Of a DNA stretch of 64,000 nt, positions 13,316 through 26,443 are shown one piece after another; position 1 is the stretch's first letter, and each line of letters opens with the position of its first letter. A program made the position numbers and the translations under genes. Source of the stretch: Lama glama (taxonomy: Eukaryota); contig CM052818.1 in assembly GCA_028534125.1 (NCBI GenBank), positions 16,370,001-16,434,000 of the forward strand. The letters are read 5' to 3'. The notes under the pieces are model-generated. The model saw only the letters and a list, made by a program, of their open reading frames with translations. It was not told the DNA's origin and ran no database searches.

Positions 13316-13673
13316 TTGATCTTTCAAAATTAACTAACGTGATTGTGGGAGATAGCTAGTTTGAAATTTGTAGGGCTGGCCTTCAGGCTAGAGATTCTGG
13401 CATGACTTTGTATTGCTGTCCTAAGTCTGAAGGCACTGTGGAGAATTCTTCCTTTTCAAGAGATCTCAGTCTTTCCTTTGAAGGCCGTCAACTAATTGGA
13501 TAAGGCCATTCCACATTACAAAGAGTAATCTAGTTTATTCAAAATCTGCTAATTTAAATGTTAAGTCACGTTAAAAAAAAAATACCTCCACAGCAACTTC
13601 TAGACTGGTGTTTGACCTAGCAACTGGGCACTATATCCTAGCCAGGAGAACACATTAAATTAACCAACCCACA
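13290..13673 (-). mobile_element. ERVL LTR (MLT2B/MLT2D-like)
   Basis: gtgattgtggga...caactaattggataaggccattccacatt...tagactggtgtttgacc...aaattaaccaacccaca end. Confidence 0.85.
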
Positions 13674-13679
13674 CATAAC

Positions 13680-13890
13680 CAACAAAAATAAAACAGCGGG
13701 CAGAAGAAAATGATTCAATTTAAGAAAGCTAAAAAGGGTGAGTTAGAACTACAGAAGGTAATGAGAGAGTCCTATGGTGGAAACCCAAGGAGTAAAAATT
13801 TAAGAATAATTTTTTTGTGTGTGTGGTCAACTGTATCAGAATAGACAGAAAAAGCAAATGAATACTAGATTAGAAAGTTTGCATTTTCTA
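13680..13890 (-). mobile_element. L2 LINE, continuation of the element at 10445-11524
   Basis: ggaaacccaaggag...gtggtcaactgtatcaga L2 motif, same orientation. Confidence 0.55.
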
Positions 13891-13959
13891 AAGAAAGTGT
13901 TGTCATTGGGAGTTTCATAAATATACGCAAAAGATTTAGACAGGAATGCATCAAGGAGA

Positions 13960-15400
13960 AAATTCTGTTTCCTGAAGCATGACTAAAGAGATAACCTAAA
14001 TAAACCTCCTGCCAAAAACAAGTAATAATGCTGGCTAAAATATATTAAAACAAGCCATTCTTTAGAATGCATCTTTGCTGAGCTAAGGAGGAATTTAAAA
14101 ATAAATATTCAGAGGCCTCAAACAAAGTATAAGTGGGAAGTCAGAGAGAGAAGCTCACATTGAGGTCAGTTTTTGCCTTGAGGTTTCTTTCAGACTAGTG
14201 ACAATGAACTTCATCGATGATGGTGCAACAAGCAATGACAGAACTGAGTGTACAACCTAAAAATTATTCTATGTAAAACTGGGGTCCCAAAAAGCAAACT
14301 AGAAATAAACTACACATACAGAAAAAAATAATTGTTAATTTCGATTTTTATTCTGGGTAGAAGGAAAATTGAAAAATAAAAACAAAAACAAAAATCCTCC
14401 CACAAAATCTAAATGCATAATCTGAATTTCTGAGGAATCATTACTTGAATTTGTTGTATTATACGATTTGAAAATCCTTAAGGTGAAAAAGATGTCTGAG
14501 ATTTTTACTGCCTTCAAGTATCGAATAGATTCAAATATAAACATTTTTTGGAGGAAACCAACTTTAACTCAGTCATCAAAGAATTACCACAGATAAAATT
14601 TCAAGATATTTGAGACCACAATAAAATATCAAGAAATATATAGGAACAGAAGGCAGAATGAACAAGAGTCAGCAGTAACTGCAGAAAACAGGAATAAACC
14701 AACAAGGAGTTCAGACACTAGAATGATAACAAAATGGAAAATAATTATGTTTAATATATTTTTAAAAGCATAAAAATTAAATTTATAAAAAATACAATAA
14801 AATCAGAATAACCTAAAAGCAGCCCAAAAGGAAAGGAAGATCCTCTTCAAACAAATAGCAATTAGATTGTTGTTTGACTTTTTAACAGCAACAATGGAAT
14901 ATAGAATATAGCTGATTAACATCTTCAAGTAGCTGAGAAAATATAACTATCAATCTTAAATTAGAGGTATACTACAAACATCTTTCAAGAACAAGTCTGA
15001 ATTGAAGACATTTTCAGAGCTATAAAAACTTACACATTTTGATATGAAAACAATTTTCTACAAAGATTGCAAATGAGTGTATTTCAGGAGCAACAACAGC
15101 ACAATTTCACAATTAATATATAAGATCAGAAGGCTAGTACAGAATTTGTTAACTATATGGGTAAGTTTAAACTAATAATGACTATTCAAAACCGTAAGTG
15201 CAATGTCAAATTTGTAGGTTAAAAAAGGAAAACAAGATAAATCTAAAATACCAGATGACAAAACTATATAATTTGGATGTAGAGAAATATGAATTAAGGT
15301 TTTCTAGCATATTCATATTGTTTTGAAGTAAGAAATAAAGATATTGATGAACTTTAGACTTTACCAACTATGCAAGCTAAAGTTTCAATAAAATGACACT
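13960..15400 (+). mobile_element. Ancient L1 5' region (L1ME/L1M-type 5'UTR and decayed ORF1)
   Basis: aaaagcagcccaaaagg...gactttttaacagcaacaatggaa...atcttcaagtagctgagaaaa...aagacattttcaga resembles the ORF1 C-terminal region. Confidence 0.65.
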
Positions 15401-15604
15401 GTGTATGTATGTAGTGAAAACACAACAGGGGACTTCAATAAATCCACAGAATTTAGTGGTATATAAGAAAAACAAAGAAAAAATTCTTTTCAAAAAAAAT
15501 CATTGTGAGGAGACAGATATATTTAAGTTTCCAGGGATTTTTTTTTTAACAATGGAGTAATATATTTAGAAATGTTAGTAGATAAGATGATTGTACTCTC
15601 ACAA

Positions 15605-15995
15605 CTCATTCAACAGACATTCCACCAATGTTCACTGCATCCTAAGCATATGTTCAGTTAGAGTCGCTAGACACCATACTAGATACCAGAGATAACAAAT
15701 GGTTGGATGACAGTCTTTGTACTCAAGGACTCAAGGACTTATAAAAGGATCATTTTATAAGGATTTTGATGTATAAAGAGTTCGACCATTATCCCAGCAA
15801 CACAAAGGTATGAGAGAGTTTTAAGCAAGTGGATGACAAAATCAAATCTATATTTTAGAAACTCACTGTAGGCTCAGGATAAAGACTGTGTAATATGTTT
15901 TCAAAAGTTGGAAAGCTTTTTACCTATCCAGGAAAGAAATACTGTCTGAACAAGGTAGTAGCAGTGGGTATTAAAAAAAAAAGGGACATATTTTA
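15605..15995 (-). mobile_element. L2 LINE fragments
   Basis: ctcattcaacagacatt tail; gttttaagcaagtggatgacaaaatcaaatctatattttagaaa motif. Confidence 0.6.
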
Positions 15996-17679
15996 ATTTG
16001 AATATGTGAATACTTCAGATATTTTTCTCAGTAAGAAAAATGCAATTCTCCGTTGAGTGGCCACTGGTACTATGTCAGTGCCTAAAATTCATCACCATAT
16101 ATACAATTATAAGCTTATATAAATTGAGAACACTTGAACTCATAAGTAAAATGCACATGTAACTTTTAAAATTTAGTAAGTTCAAACAGGATCACTATGA
16201 CAGTGCTAGTAAATTCCCCAAGGATTTTTTTAATGGTATCACACCCAATGAAAAATACAATTTATAAAATAACAAATAAGGAGAGGTTTGTGGGAAATCA
16301 TGTTCTATGAATAGACTTCTTTCTTAAAGTATGAGTTCACTTCTGGTTTTGAACTGTGGAATAATGATGGAAAAAGTTAAAAGTTTCAAGTTTTCAGAGT
16401 GTTATAAGTTGTCTGCTTCAGAACTTTTTTTTTTTTTGAAATGCTTTATCTGAAGCTGCAGTTAATGATGTCTTCAGCTCTGCAAATTAAGTCGATGCTT
16501 TTACATCAATGAAATTTTGAGAGAGAGAAACTGAATGTGTGGATACTAAATCTCAAGGACTATAAATCTTTTTTTTTTTTTGCCTAAATGTTTCATCTCC
16601 AGAGTTTCAGATTTTGACAGGTCTACCCAAAATTTAAAAGTATAGATTCAAGGGGAAATTGCCTGTGTGAGTCAAGAATGTGGTAACCAAGCTTACTTGC
16701 CTGTCATCACAGAGATTCCTTGAAGCTGAGAAGCTGATGTTTCTTTCTTTGGGAGTGTTAATTTGGACAAGAATTACAGTAAAAAGTACACTAAGAATTA
16801 GATTACTAACTATGTATGCATAATTTTAAAATAATCAAGAAATACAACAAAATATTTGATATTTGTCCAAATTAGTGTTAGCTTACAATGCTAAAAAACA
16901 TTTGCATTAATTTCCGCCATTCTTGAAAGAAACTAGGAAACCAGAGCTATGACTTTAAGGAAATTAAATTCCACTACCTGTATCCATTTAAAGACTTTCA
17001 AATATTCTTCTCTTTCCTTTTTCCCTTAAAAATTTTTTTTAAGGAAAGGAAAATTACGTTTTCCTCATCAGTTTGCTAATTCATTGTTGGTGCTCCTAAA
17101 CCTGATTTTTATTTTTCTAGCAGGCCAGATAAACACTTGCAGCTCTTTAGAGGGTTTCATGAATAGACTTTTATAAGCTATTACTGAGCAAAATGGAAGA
17201 AGTGATGGCATCCTGATTAACTGTAAAATCTTCCTCAAACTGAAATTTGACAAAGAGCGATTAACATTCCACTTTGAAAGAAAAAGTTATAAAAAATGTC
17301 AGAGATTCAGTTGAAAAAATAACTTCTAACTATGACTTTTTGTGTAAATAATCAGTCCAAATTCTACACATATGGCTCTATTTAATAAAGTTATAAATGT
17401 ATAGTACTGTCACTTATAAAATATAAGAATTTGATAGATAATATAGTAACCCATTTTCTTCCTTGACTGCACTTATTCAGATAACTAGAGAAAATATTTC
17501 TCTATTTTACTTTGCTTATCAAGAAATCCCATTTAATAAAATTTCACAATCCCCAAATCTATCATTTGCTGGATAGATTTTAAATCTGGGATTATTTTAA
17601 CTGTTTCTTGTTTTCTATTTTCAAGACATCTGAGGCTAGCTTTTTTAAAGGTTTCAATCATGCTTTATGCCTTTATTTT

Positions 17680-18290
17680 ATAATATATTATTGAGCTCTT
17701 AAAATGTGCAAAAATTCTACCAGGAACTGTGAAAATCCAAAAGGGGAAGCATAAATGGACACTGCAGCAAAGAAGTTCAAAGAAACTCGAATGAGAATGT
17801 ATAATTGAGCTGGGGTTGTGTTACTTCCAGCTGGAGATAGGGGGGAAAAGACAAATGGACATCTGAGGAGGTAGCGATTGAGCTCTTGATTTGAAGATAA
17901 AGTAAAAAATAAAATGGAAAATCAAATAGGATGAAGACAAATTAAGAAAAGAAGAGGGCCATGCAAAGGACTGGGAACATGAGTAAACACAGTATCTGAG
18001 GAGGTAAGTGGTAGCAGAAACATAAACTTTGGTTTAGGGGAAGAGTAAGAAATGTGATTGGTACGCTGCTTTGTCATCATTTTGGATAAAGATATTTGCT
18101 AGACTAAGACATTTGAACTTACCCTAGAGTCACAGTATAACTGGAAGGTTTTTCAACAAGGAAGTTGACAGAATCAAATATACGTTAGAGAAAAATCAAA
18201 TTAGCATCAATCTTGGAAGGACAAGGAGTTGGGAAAGAAAACTGGCAGTATTGTCTTCAATGAAAGTAATTCCAAAATTTCAAGTTGTAT
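17680..18290 (-). mobile_element. L2 LINE fragment
   Basis: atattattgagctc...ggaaggtttttcaacaaggaagttgacagaatcaaatatacgttagagaaa. Confidence 0.6.
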
Positions 18291-18871
18291 ATGACAAATA
18301 GGAAAGACTTTATTTCAATCAATGCTTTCCTCTTTCACAGACTCTGGAGACACATGGCTCCCTGATGTCAAGTTAATACTTTGAAATATTTAACAATATT
18401 TAACTGCAGTGATAAATTAGTTTATAGTTCTTATAGCATGTCAATCCAACTTTTCATTTGAGTTGGCAGTGACAAACAAGTTCACATAGAGAAGAGAAGC
18501 AGACTATGAACATTTATTTTTCATAATTACTACAGCTGTTAATAAGCACTTTGATTCCCTCCTATGAGGGAATATATCTTGGAAGAAAAAGCTGCATCCT
18601 AAACTAATATTGAAGATATGTCTACCTTTTCACTTGTCCCTGACTTACTTAGAAAATCAGTATAAAAAAGTTAACTTAGTTATATATTTCTAGAAAAAAA
18701 ATCAATTTTATCACCATAGTGAGCAATCTAGAATAATACAGCAGTAGAGAAAGAAATTTCAGGTGAAAAGAGCGTTCAATTAATTGAACATTTCATTAAT
18801 TACTGGAGTTCATACTATGTAATTTCAAAAGTAAGTATCTCAACTTATGAAAAGCACAAAGAAAAGTACTT

Positions 18872-19000
18872 AAATTAGGAATTTGGGAATAATAGATACA
18901 CACTACTATATACAAAATGGGTAAACAAGAACCTACTGTATAGCACAGGGAACTATCATCAATATTTTGTAATAACCTAAAATGGAAAAGAATCTGAAAA
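18872..19000 (+). mobile_element. Cetartiodactyl-type L1 3'UTR fragment
   Basis: cacactactatatacaaaat...acctactgtatagcacagggaact...ttgtaataacct. Confidence 0.75.
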
Positions 19001-20107
19001 ATTTTAATTTCAAAACAAGAAAAGATGAAAACAAAACTGATGTAGAAGTTGTTTACCCATCAACAAAATATTAGCAATTCCATTTTATGTTCTAAAATAA
19101 AATTTGCTGTATACAAAAAAAAGGAAAGAAACGTACTATGTTGTAAAATAATCGGAGAATCTATTCAATCAGATTAAGGAAAACTTTCATGAATGAGAGG
19201 CATTTACCTGAGGTCATAATGGTGAGTAGAATTTGCCTGATGAAAACATAAGGGAAAACTAGTGTCTTGTCCTGGTGTTGCCCTATGTCAACACCATCAC
19301 CCTACCTACAGAAGGGAAGGAGCAATAATTTTTTGCCCACAAATTACATGGCAGTTATAAGGGTTGAATTAAAAAATGAAAAAAATATATTATCTGTCTT
19401 TGTTCTGCCATTAACTTCCCACGTGACCAAGGAAAAATTACCTAATATGTCCAAATTTTATACTGAGTGATCCAGATTCAAGATAATCTTTATAATTTTT
19501 GTTTTCATCTTTAAAAGATTTATGTGTATATGGTGGCTTAAAGGGGTTCATCAGTTATTTCTACTCTTTTATTAAAGAACTGATTTTTTTAAATCAACTG
19601 TCATAAGCTTAAGGGAGGGAATAACTGTAGTACTTTGATTTTTTCCAAATAAAATACAGAAATTTTAAGTTTCAGGAAACTACTAAAATATCTATCTCAG
19701 AAAATTGGCCCAAGACATTTTAAAATTTTGATGCATTAGAATCCTACATGTGGAAATGCCTACATTCTGAGAACACATTTTCCCTATTAGTTTTCATAAA
19801 ATCATAGAAATTGAACTTCAATCAATACCAGTTATATATATACATAAGTATTAAATGACACTTAGCTCATACTTGTCAATGCCATTATCTGTTTTCTTCT
19901 GGGCCACTATTTCCATATATATAAAATTAGATATTTCAATGAATGATCTCAAACATCCCTTTCAGTTATATGATTTCATGCATCTATAAAATACTTTTTA
20001 AATAACATGTTTTAAAATCTCTACTATAAGTTGCTTTTACAAACTAGTGGCGGGCATGATTAAGAATTTGACTCCCTCACACAACATGGTCAACATTACT
20101 TGGTAGG

Positions 20108-20165
20108 TGAACTTTGTTTTATTTTTGTCACTCAGAGATCTAGGCCAATAGAGGGTCAAAGTTCT
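20108..20165. promoter_or_regulatory. Candidate HNF4/DR1 plus CCAAT motif cluster
   Basis: TGAACTTTG 20108-20116, GGCCAAT 20143-20149, GGGTCAAAGTTCT 20153-20165; motif match only. Confidence 0.3.
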
Positions 20166-21130
20166 GAGAATGCATCATGTGGATGGTACAACCACCAACC
20201 ACCACGTTCCCTGTGGTAAGGCACGAGTCCTCATGGTGTTCTCATCCTGCTCCTCTATGTTTCTGCCTGGAAAGGAATGAAGTAATCTCTACTCTGAGCT
20301 CACTGACAAGAATAAATCCAACGGTCTGGACAATAAGAGGCTGAGAAGACAAAAAGAAACTGAGAATATGAGAATTAGCCATGCCTCTTTTACAGAACCA
20401 AGTAGTCTTAGAAGGGAGAAGCTCTGTTACACTAAGTGCAACAGTTTAAGGGAGCAGGCTGACCACAGAGGGATGAACTGACTTAGTCATGTAACCAGGT
20501 AGAACTAAAGTTGAAACAGAGAGCTTTTAATGATCTAACTTTTATTTCAAAAGCTTAAAGGTTTTATTTTAATGACTAAGAAAACATTTTATAATACCAA
20601 CAGTGAAAATGGACAATTGTAGCTATTGTGCATCTATCTAACTACGTTTTTGAGGATGGAACTTTCAGCCTGGAAACTTCTCAGGTGTGTTTTAATTCTA
20701 ATCCTCTGTAGCATTTAATTTCTAGGTCACTGCCCAGAGCCAGGCAAATAGCTGAGACCAGCACAATCTGTATAAGATGGGTAAGGATTTAATTTCATTA
20801 CCTCCTTTTATATATTACAGAGATAGTAGAGTTATCTTTTTAACACAGGCCCATTACTCACTTTCAGTGGTAAATACCTAAGTTCATTACAGATACTTAA
20901 GGGCTAGCCAGGTGACAGTGCCTGTAATTTCCCCTGAATGTCATCATAGTAAAAGGACAATTGCACCTTCTAACCCTGCCACTCCACCACTCTCCAAAAG
21001 GTTATCTATAAATACTTCTAACTACAGAGGACAGTCTCCTGCTTCATGCGCCTTCATTATCTTCTTTTTTTTTTTCCTTTTCTGAACATACATGAGAAAG
21101 AAAGAAAAAAATTAAGCACACTTGAGATCC

Positions 21131-21156
21131 TGTGTGTGTGTGTGTGTGTGTGTGTG
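21131..21156 (+). repeat. (TG)13 microsatellite
   Basis: Direct reading. Confidence 0.95.
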
Positions 21157-22434
21157 AGAATCTCATCCTAACACATCTTTACTACTGAAATTCTAGTATT
21201 TTTTTAATTCCACATGCATGGCTCCTCTTTGATCTGTTCAAGAATCTTAGGCAGGAATGTTCAAAAGGTTTGATCTCAAGTTCTGTCGCGCTTTATCAGA
21301 TTTTGCCATTTGTCTGTTCACAGTTTCAGTCACTCATATTGTTAATGATTATTAACTAGAGCTTTGTACTGCCTTCTCTCTGTTCTTAACTACTCTGTAT
21401 AACCCTTTCCCCATAGATCTCTTGCCTTATGGCTACGATACCCAAATCATGTTGTCCTCTATTTAGCCAAACACTGCCCTCCTTAAGGAAAGGGGCTAGT
21501 GATCCAGTCCACAATCCATTACGAGGCTTTCCCTATCCCCTCTTGCATTCTATCTAGTTTACTGACTGACTTTTCTAATTAACTTGCTTTAAACTTGCTA
21601 TTCCCATGGCTAAAGTTACACTACTGTACTGCTTTACCAAACAGCTTTTGCATTTTAGCATAGACCTCATTCTTAATCCAGAGACGTGAATACTACATAT
21701 TTCTCACACTTCAACCTGTCAGTCATAGGAAAGCTTTTTGCCTGAATTAGCCTTTAACTTCTCTTCAATAATTCTCCACTGTGGTCACCTGCTCTGCACA
21801 AATCCTGTCATTGCTGGCTTCCTTGTGGAAGATCAGCAGTGATACCTCCCACTGTACAACTGCCATGTTGTCATGTTGCATTCTGACAACAGTGACTGTA
21901 GCCATAGGATAGTGGCCTGATTCATATAACAGTGGGTTCTCCTTGAAGAGGATAAAGAACATTTTCTATTCCATTTATGGAGGTTGGACATCTTAAAAGA
22001 GGAAACAGAAACTTAAAATGAAAGCTTTAATACACTGAACAGATCAAACAGGAGCTTCTCAGTTGTCTTTGTAAATCATGTCCTTGCATTTGGATTCCTA
22101 GAAGCTGAACTATTCTAAGGATTATTTAGAAGTGAACTTACGAAGACTTTTACCAAGTTTCCATGATTAGCACCTAGATATTAAGAGATCTTTAAGGACA
22201 GTTCAATCTGGAGATGAGAGACCTACATTTTATAAGCCAGATGATCTAATTATGTGTTGAAGTTCAGTGTTTTCGGTTAACTCTGAGTATTTAGTAAAGC
22301 TCTGTTTAAATGATCTAGTCTAATAACTCTCAGCTATGGATTGCTAGGGAAAAAATATTCAAGTGACTACCTAGAGAGGAGCATAAAAAGGAAAAGAGTA
22401 CCCCACTAAGACCTATGTAGTAGTGAAAGCATGA

Positions 22435-22620
22435 ATAACAATAGATAAAATATTTCAGGCACTCTTCTAAGTTCTGTGCCTTTTAATTTTATCAACCCCA
22501 CCAATTGACAGCACTACTAATAAGCCCATTAATAGATGACAAACCTGAGGCACAGAAAAGTTAAGTAATTTATTCAAGGTCACATAGATCCTACAAGCAA
22601 TAGAGGCCAGAGCGTCAAAG
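22435..22620 (-). mobile_element. MIR SINE
   Basis: cccattaatagatgacaaacctgaggcacagaaaagttaagtaatttattcaaggtcacatag core. Confidence 0.8.
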
Positions 22621-25145
22621 GGAATAAACCTTGTTTGGGAATGCGAGACTCAAATTTCTTTTCCATATGATGATTCTCTCTCATTTGCCTGCACCGGGTA
22701 TTCTCAGTGGATTTTATTAAGGAAACTAGTGGGCTTCAACACATCCAAACACTGTAACTTACTGAGCTTGGTTTTGTGACTCCATAATTGCCCTCTTATG
22801 CCAATACAATACTTTCCTTATCTCATCTCAGTGATCACATAATTAGGATAAATTATAGAGCTTTCAAAATCAAAGTTGGAATCTGCTTGGTTACATAAGT
22901 GTTATTTCCATGAATACTTTACTTTTTTGATGCTGTGTTTCCTCTCAAATATCTCACATCAATGGAAAAATTCTTCCTTTAGTTATTTATCCAACTAACT
23001 GCCTTTACTTTTTTCATGTAAAGGATGCTTTATCTACAGTAATAGAACATATTTGTTTTACCAAGTAACCTACTTTCAAAGATCAGTCTTTCTCAAGAAA
23101 ATGATGAGATGAATTAATAAATCCTAATATATTACTAAATATCCCACTTATTCTATTGAAAAGAGCAACGTTAACAGTGTTGTCTTAAAATGACGGGTAG
23201 AACATGAATGAGTAGCAATTTATCAGACATTTTGAAGAACTCATGCATACATAAAAAGTTCTATAGCTTTCTTTTTCCCCTCTACTTCAACTCAACTCAA
23301 TAATCCATTAGCTAATCTAACATTGTTAGTTTAAGTCCTAGAATTATGAAGGTTTTTTGCCAACTGTACCTTTTTGGAAAATGGCAGGTAATAGAGAAGA
23401 GAGAGAAACAATTCAAAGATTGAAAAAGGAACCTTTGGGCACTATTCCAGAGGTGGTGGTAAGGCAAGAAACAAGAACAAGGGCAGCCTATCTTTGCCAT
23501 TCAGACTGATTTGAACAGAAGAGCTAAAGGGGGTAAAAGCAAAACACAGAAGAAATAAAAACACTGATTATAGTGTTCTCATGCATAATTTCAAAGGAAG
23601 TCTCTATCTTAAAATGGCATTTAGTAGGAGATATAATGAATATACAATGATGCTACAGAGGAATCAATGTCTGTTAACCTCCCCACTTAGATATATATCT
23701 TGAAAAGCTTCTATATCTGAGAAAATATTTTGTTGATTACCACTGTCTTTTTAAGATTACCATGTGAATACATAGTGTTTCTCATTCCTTTCCTGAGTTC
23801 CCATGATTTGTAGAAAAGGATATGCAAGTTAATTACGGTAAGATTGGACTTGGTCCCCTAGAATTTTGGTCCATAAGAATTGAGTCATTAATTGAGTGAG
23901 TTGAGGATATCTTTGATGTTGCTTAAATAATTGTAGTATTGGCCATATCTTTCTTACAGAGTCATCTTGGTTCAGGAATAGACCACGGGATGAGCAACAG
24001 GCTGGAATCAATTGGCAGAGGGAAAGATACTGACTTTTTCAGGAAGAATTAGTTATTTCACATTTTGAAAACCCAAGAGAATAGTTCAAGAACTTGGCAA
24101 ATATTTTTGTTTTTTGGGAGAGTTTACAACAAAATTATGTAAGGTACAGAGATTTACTATCCCCTGCCCTCCACAGCAACTGCTTCAATTATTTTTTAGT
24201 TAGTTTAATATCTTTCTTTTTTAACCAAAAGATTAAGGGTACTCTTGAGTTCCTTTACAATTCTATCACTATGTCACTCACTGATGGGGAGTTCTAAGGT
24301 GAAAAGTGGCAGGCAGTACCCACTAATGAGATTGAAAACTAACAAGAAAAATATTTCTATAAGTTGTGTTTTGTTGTTTACATCCTATTAAATAAAAATT
24401 AAATTAAATTTTAATTTGGCCTAATAAATTATCTTATATGTAACTATGAACTAGGTAGGTGGTGTTATGAAATGTTAAGACCAAACTGCTGTTGAGGGCC
24501 TTCTGTCAGATTCCTTAAAACAAGATGAAATTTAAGGCTTTCATTTATGGATACTAGATGTGAAAGATGAGGAATGAAAAAAATAATATTCACAAATCTC
24601 TGTGAACAAACATAAATAGAACAAGAAAAAAACTGAAGATCAATAAAGAATCACCCAAATTTTGACTTGAGGATATGGCATTACAAGTTACTCATCCCAA
24701 AGACTACATCATACAATCCCATCCAGCTTATGTTTTTTCCTCTTTTTCTACTATTCTCTATCCACAATGGCCTTCAATTTCCTTCCTCATATACTTTGTA
24801 CTTTCTTTTTATTCTGAGAAAACCATGCTTCTCAATATACTTGACACTACTCACCCCTTTCTCACCTCCCAAGTGTCAATTTACATATCATCTCCCCAGA
24901 GACTCTTCATAAATATCATATCCTACCTAGCTCCCAACCTTCTTTTATTTTGATTGTTGTAAGAACACAACATGAAAGCTATACTCAAAAATTTTAAGTG
25001 TATAGTATGCCATTGTTGACTATCAGTACAATGTAGTACAACAGATCCCTCGAGTATATTTAACTTGCTTAAGTGAAACTTTATGCCAATGGATTAGTAA
25101 TTTCCCCCTCTCCCCAATCCCTGGGCAATCACTATTCCACTGTTT

Positions 25146-25616
25146 TTTTTTTAATTTAAGTATAGTCAGTTTACAATGTTGTGTCAATTTTTGGCATACA
25201 GAATCATGTTTCAGTCATACATAAACATACATATTCCTATTCACATTATTTTTCATTATAGGCTACTACAAGATATTGAATATAGTTGCCTGTGCTATGC
25301 AGTATAAACTTGTTTATCTGTATACAGAGTAGTTAGTATCTGCAAACCTCAAACTCTTATTTTATCCCTTCCCACGTCCAATGAGTTTATTTTCTATGTC
25401 TGTGAGTCTGTTTCTGTTTTATAAATGATTTCATTTGTGGCTCTCTTTTTATAATTCCACATATAAGTGATATCATATGGTATTTTTTACTTTCTCTTTC
25501 TGGATTACTTCACTTAGAATGATGATCTCTAGGTCATCATTGTTGCTGTAAATGACATTATTTTATTCCTTTTCATGGTTGAGTAGTATTCCAGCGCGCG
25601 CGCGTGTGTGCGCGCA

Positions 25617-25661
<45 letters not shown>

Positions 25662-26232
25662 CTTCTTTATCCAGTCATCTGTCAATGGACATTTAGGTTG
25701 TTTCCACGTCTTGGTCACTGAAAACAGCACTGCTATGAACACTGAGGTGCGTGTATCTTTACAAATTAGAGTCCCCTCCAGGTTTATGCCCAGGGTGGGA
25801 TCGCTGGATCATATGGTAAACGTGTTTTGACTTTTTTGAGTAATCTCCATACTGTTTTCCATAATGGCTGCACCAAACTACATTCCCACCAACAGCATAG
25901 GAGGGTTGCCTTTGTTCCACATCCTTTCCAGCATTTATTGTTTGTGGGTTTTTAAATCATGGCCATTGCGACTGGTGTGAGGTGATACCTCATTGTAGTT
26001 TTGATTTGTATTTCTCTGATATTAGCAATATTGAGCATTTATTCATGTGCCTATGGGTCATTTGTATGTATACATGGAGAATTGCTTGTTTAGGCCTTCT
26101 GACCATTTTTGGATTGGGTTCTTTGCTTTTTTGTTATCAAGTTGTATGATCTATTGATATTTCTGGAAATTAAGCTCTTGTCAGTCACATTTATTTGCAG
26201 TATTTTCTTTCATTCCATAGGTTGTCTTTTTC
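25146..26232 (-). mobile_element. Young camelid-type L1, 5'-truncated (about 1.1 kb)
   Basis: poly-T, then aagtatagtcagtttacaatgttgtgtcaattt 3'UTR end, then antisense ORF2 C-terminus; TSD TCCACT(G/C)TTT at 25136-25145 and 26233-26242. Confidence 0.9.
25594..25660. repeat. (CG)n-(TG)n-(CA)n alternating purine-pyrimidine tract
   Basis: 67 bp of uninterrupted R/Y alternation. Confidence 0.95.
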
Positions 26233-26408
26233 TCCACTCTTTGATCTTATGAATTTGACTATTTTAGATATCCCATATAAGAGGAATCATGCAGTATTTC
26301 TTTCCATGATTAGCTTATTTCACTTAGCATAATGCCCTTAATCCTCATCCATATTGCAGCATGTGTCAGAACTTCCTTCTTTTTAATGTTGATCACATTC
26401 CATTGTGG

Positions 26409-26443
<35 letters not shown>

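Noticed and set aside
13007..13319. His/Thr/Tyr/Ile-rich ORFs
   Set aside because: Translation of (CA)n/(TA)n microsatellites
23960..24040. WFRNR peptide after an acceptor-like site, reminiscent of homeodomain helix 3
   Set aside because: Only five residues match, no upstream helices were found, and a stop follows shortly
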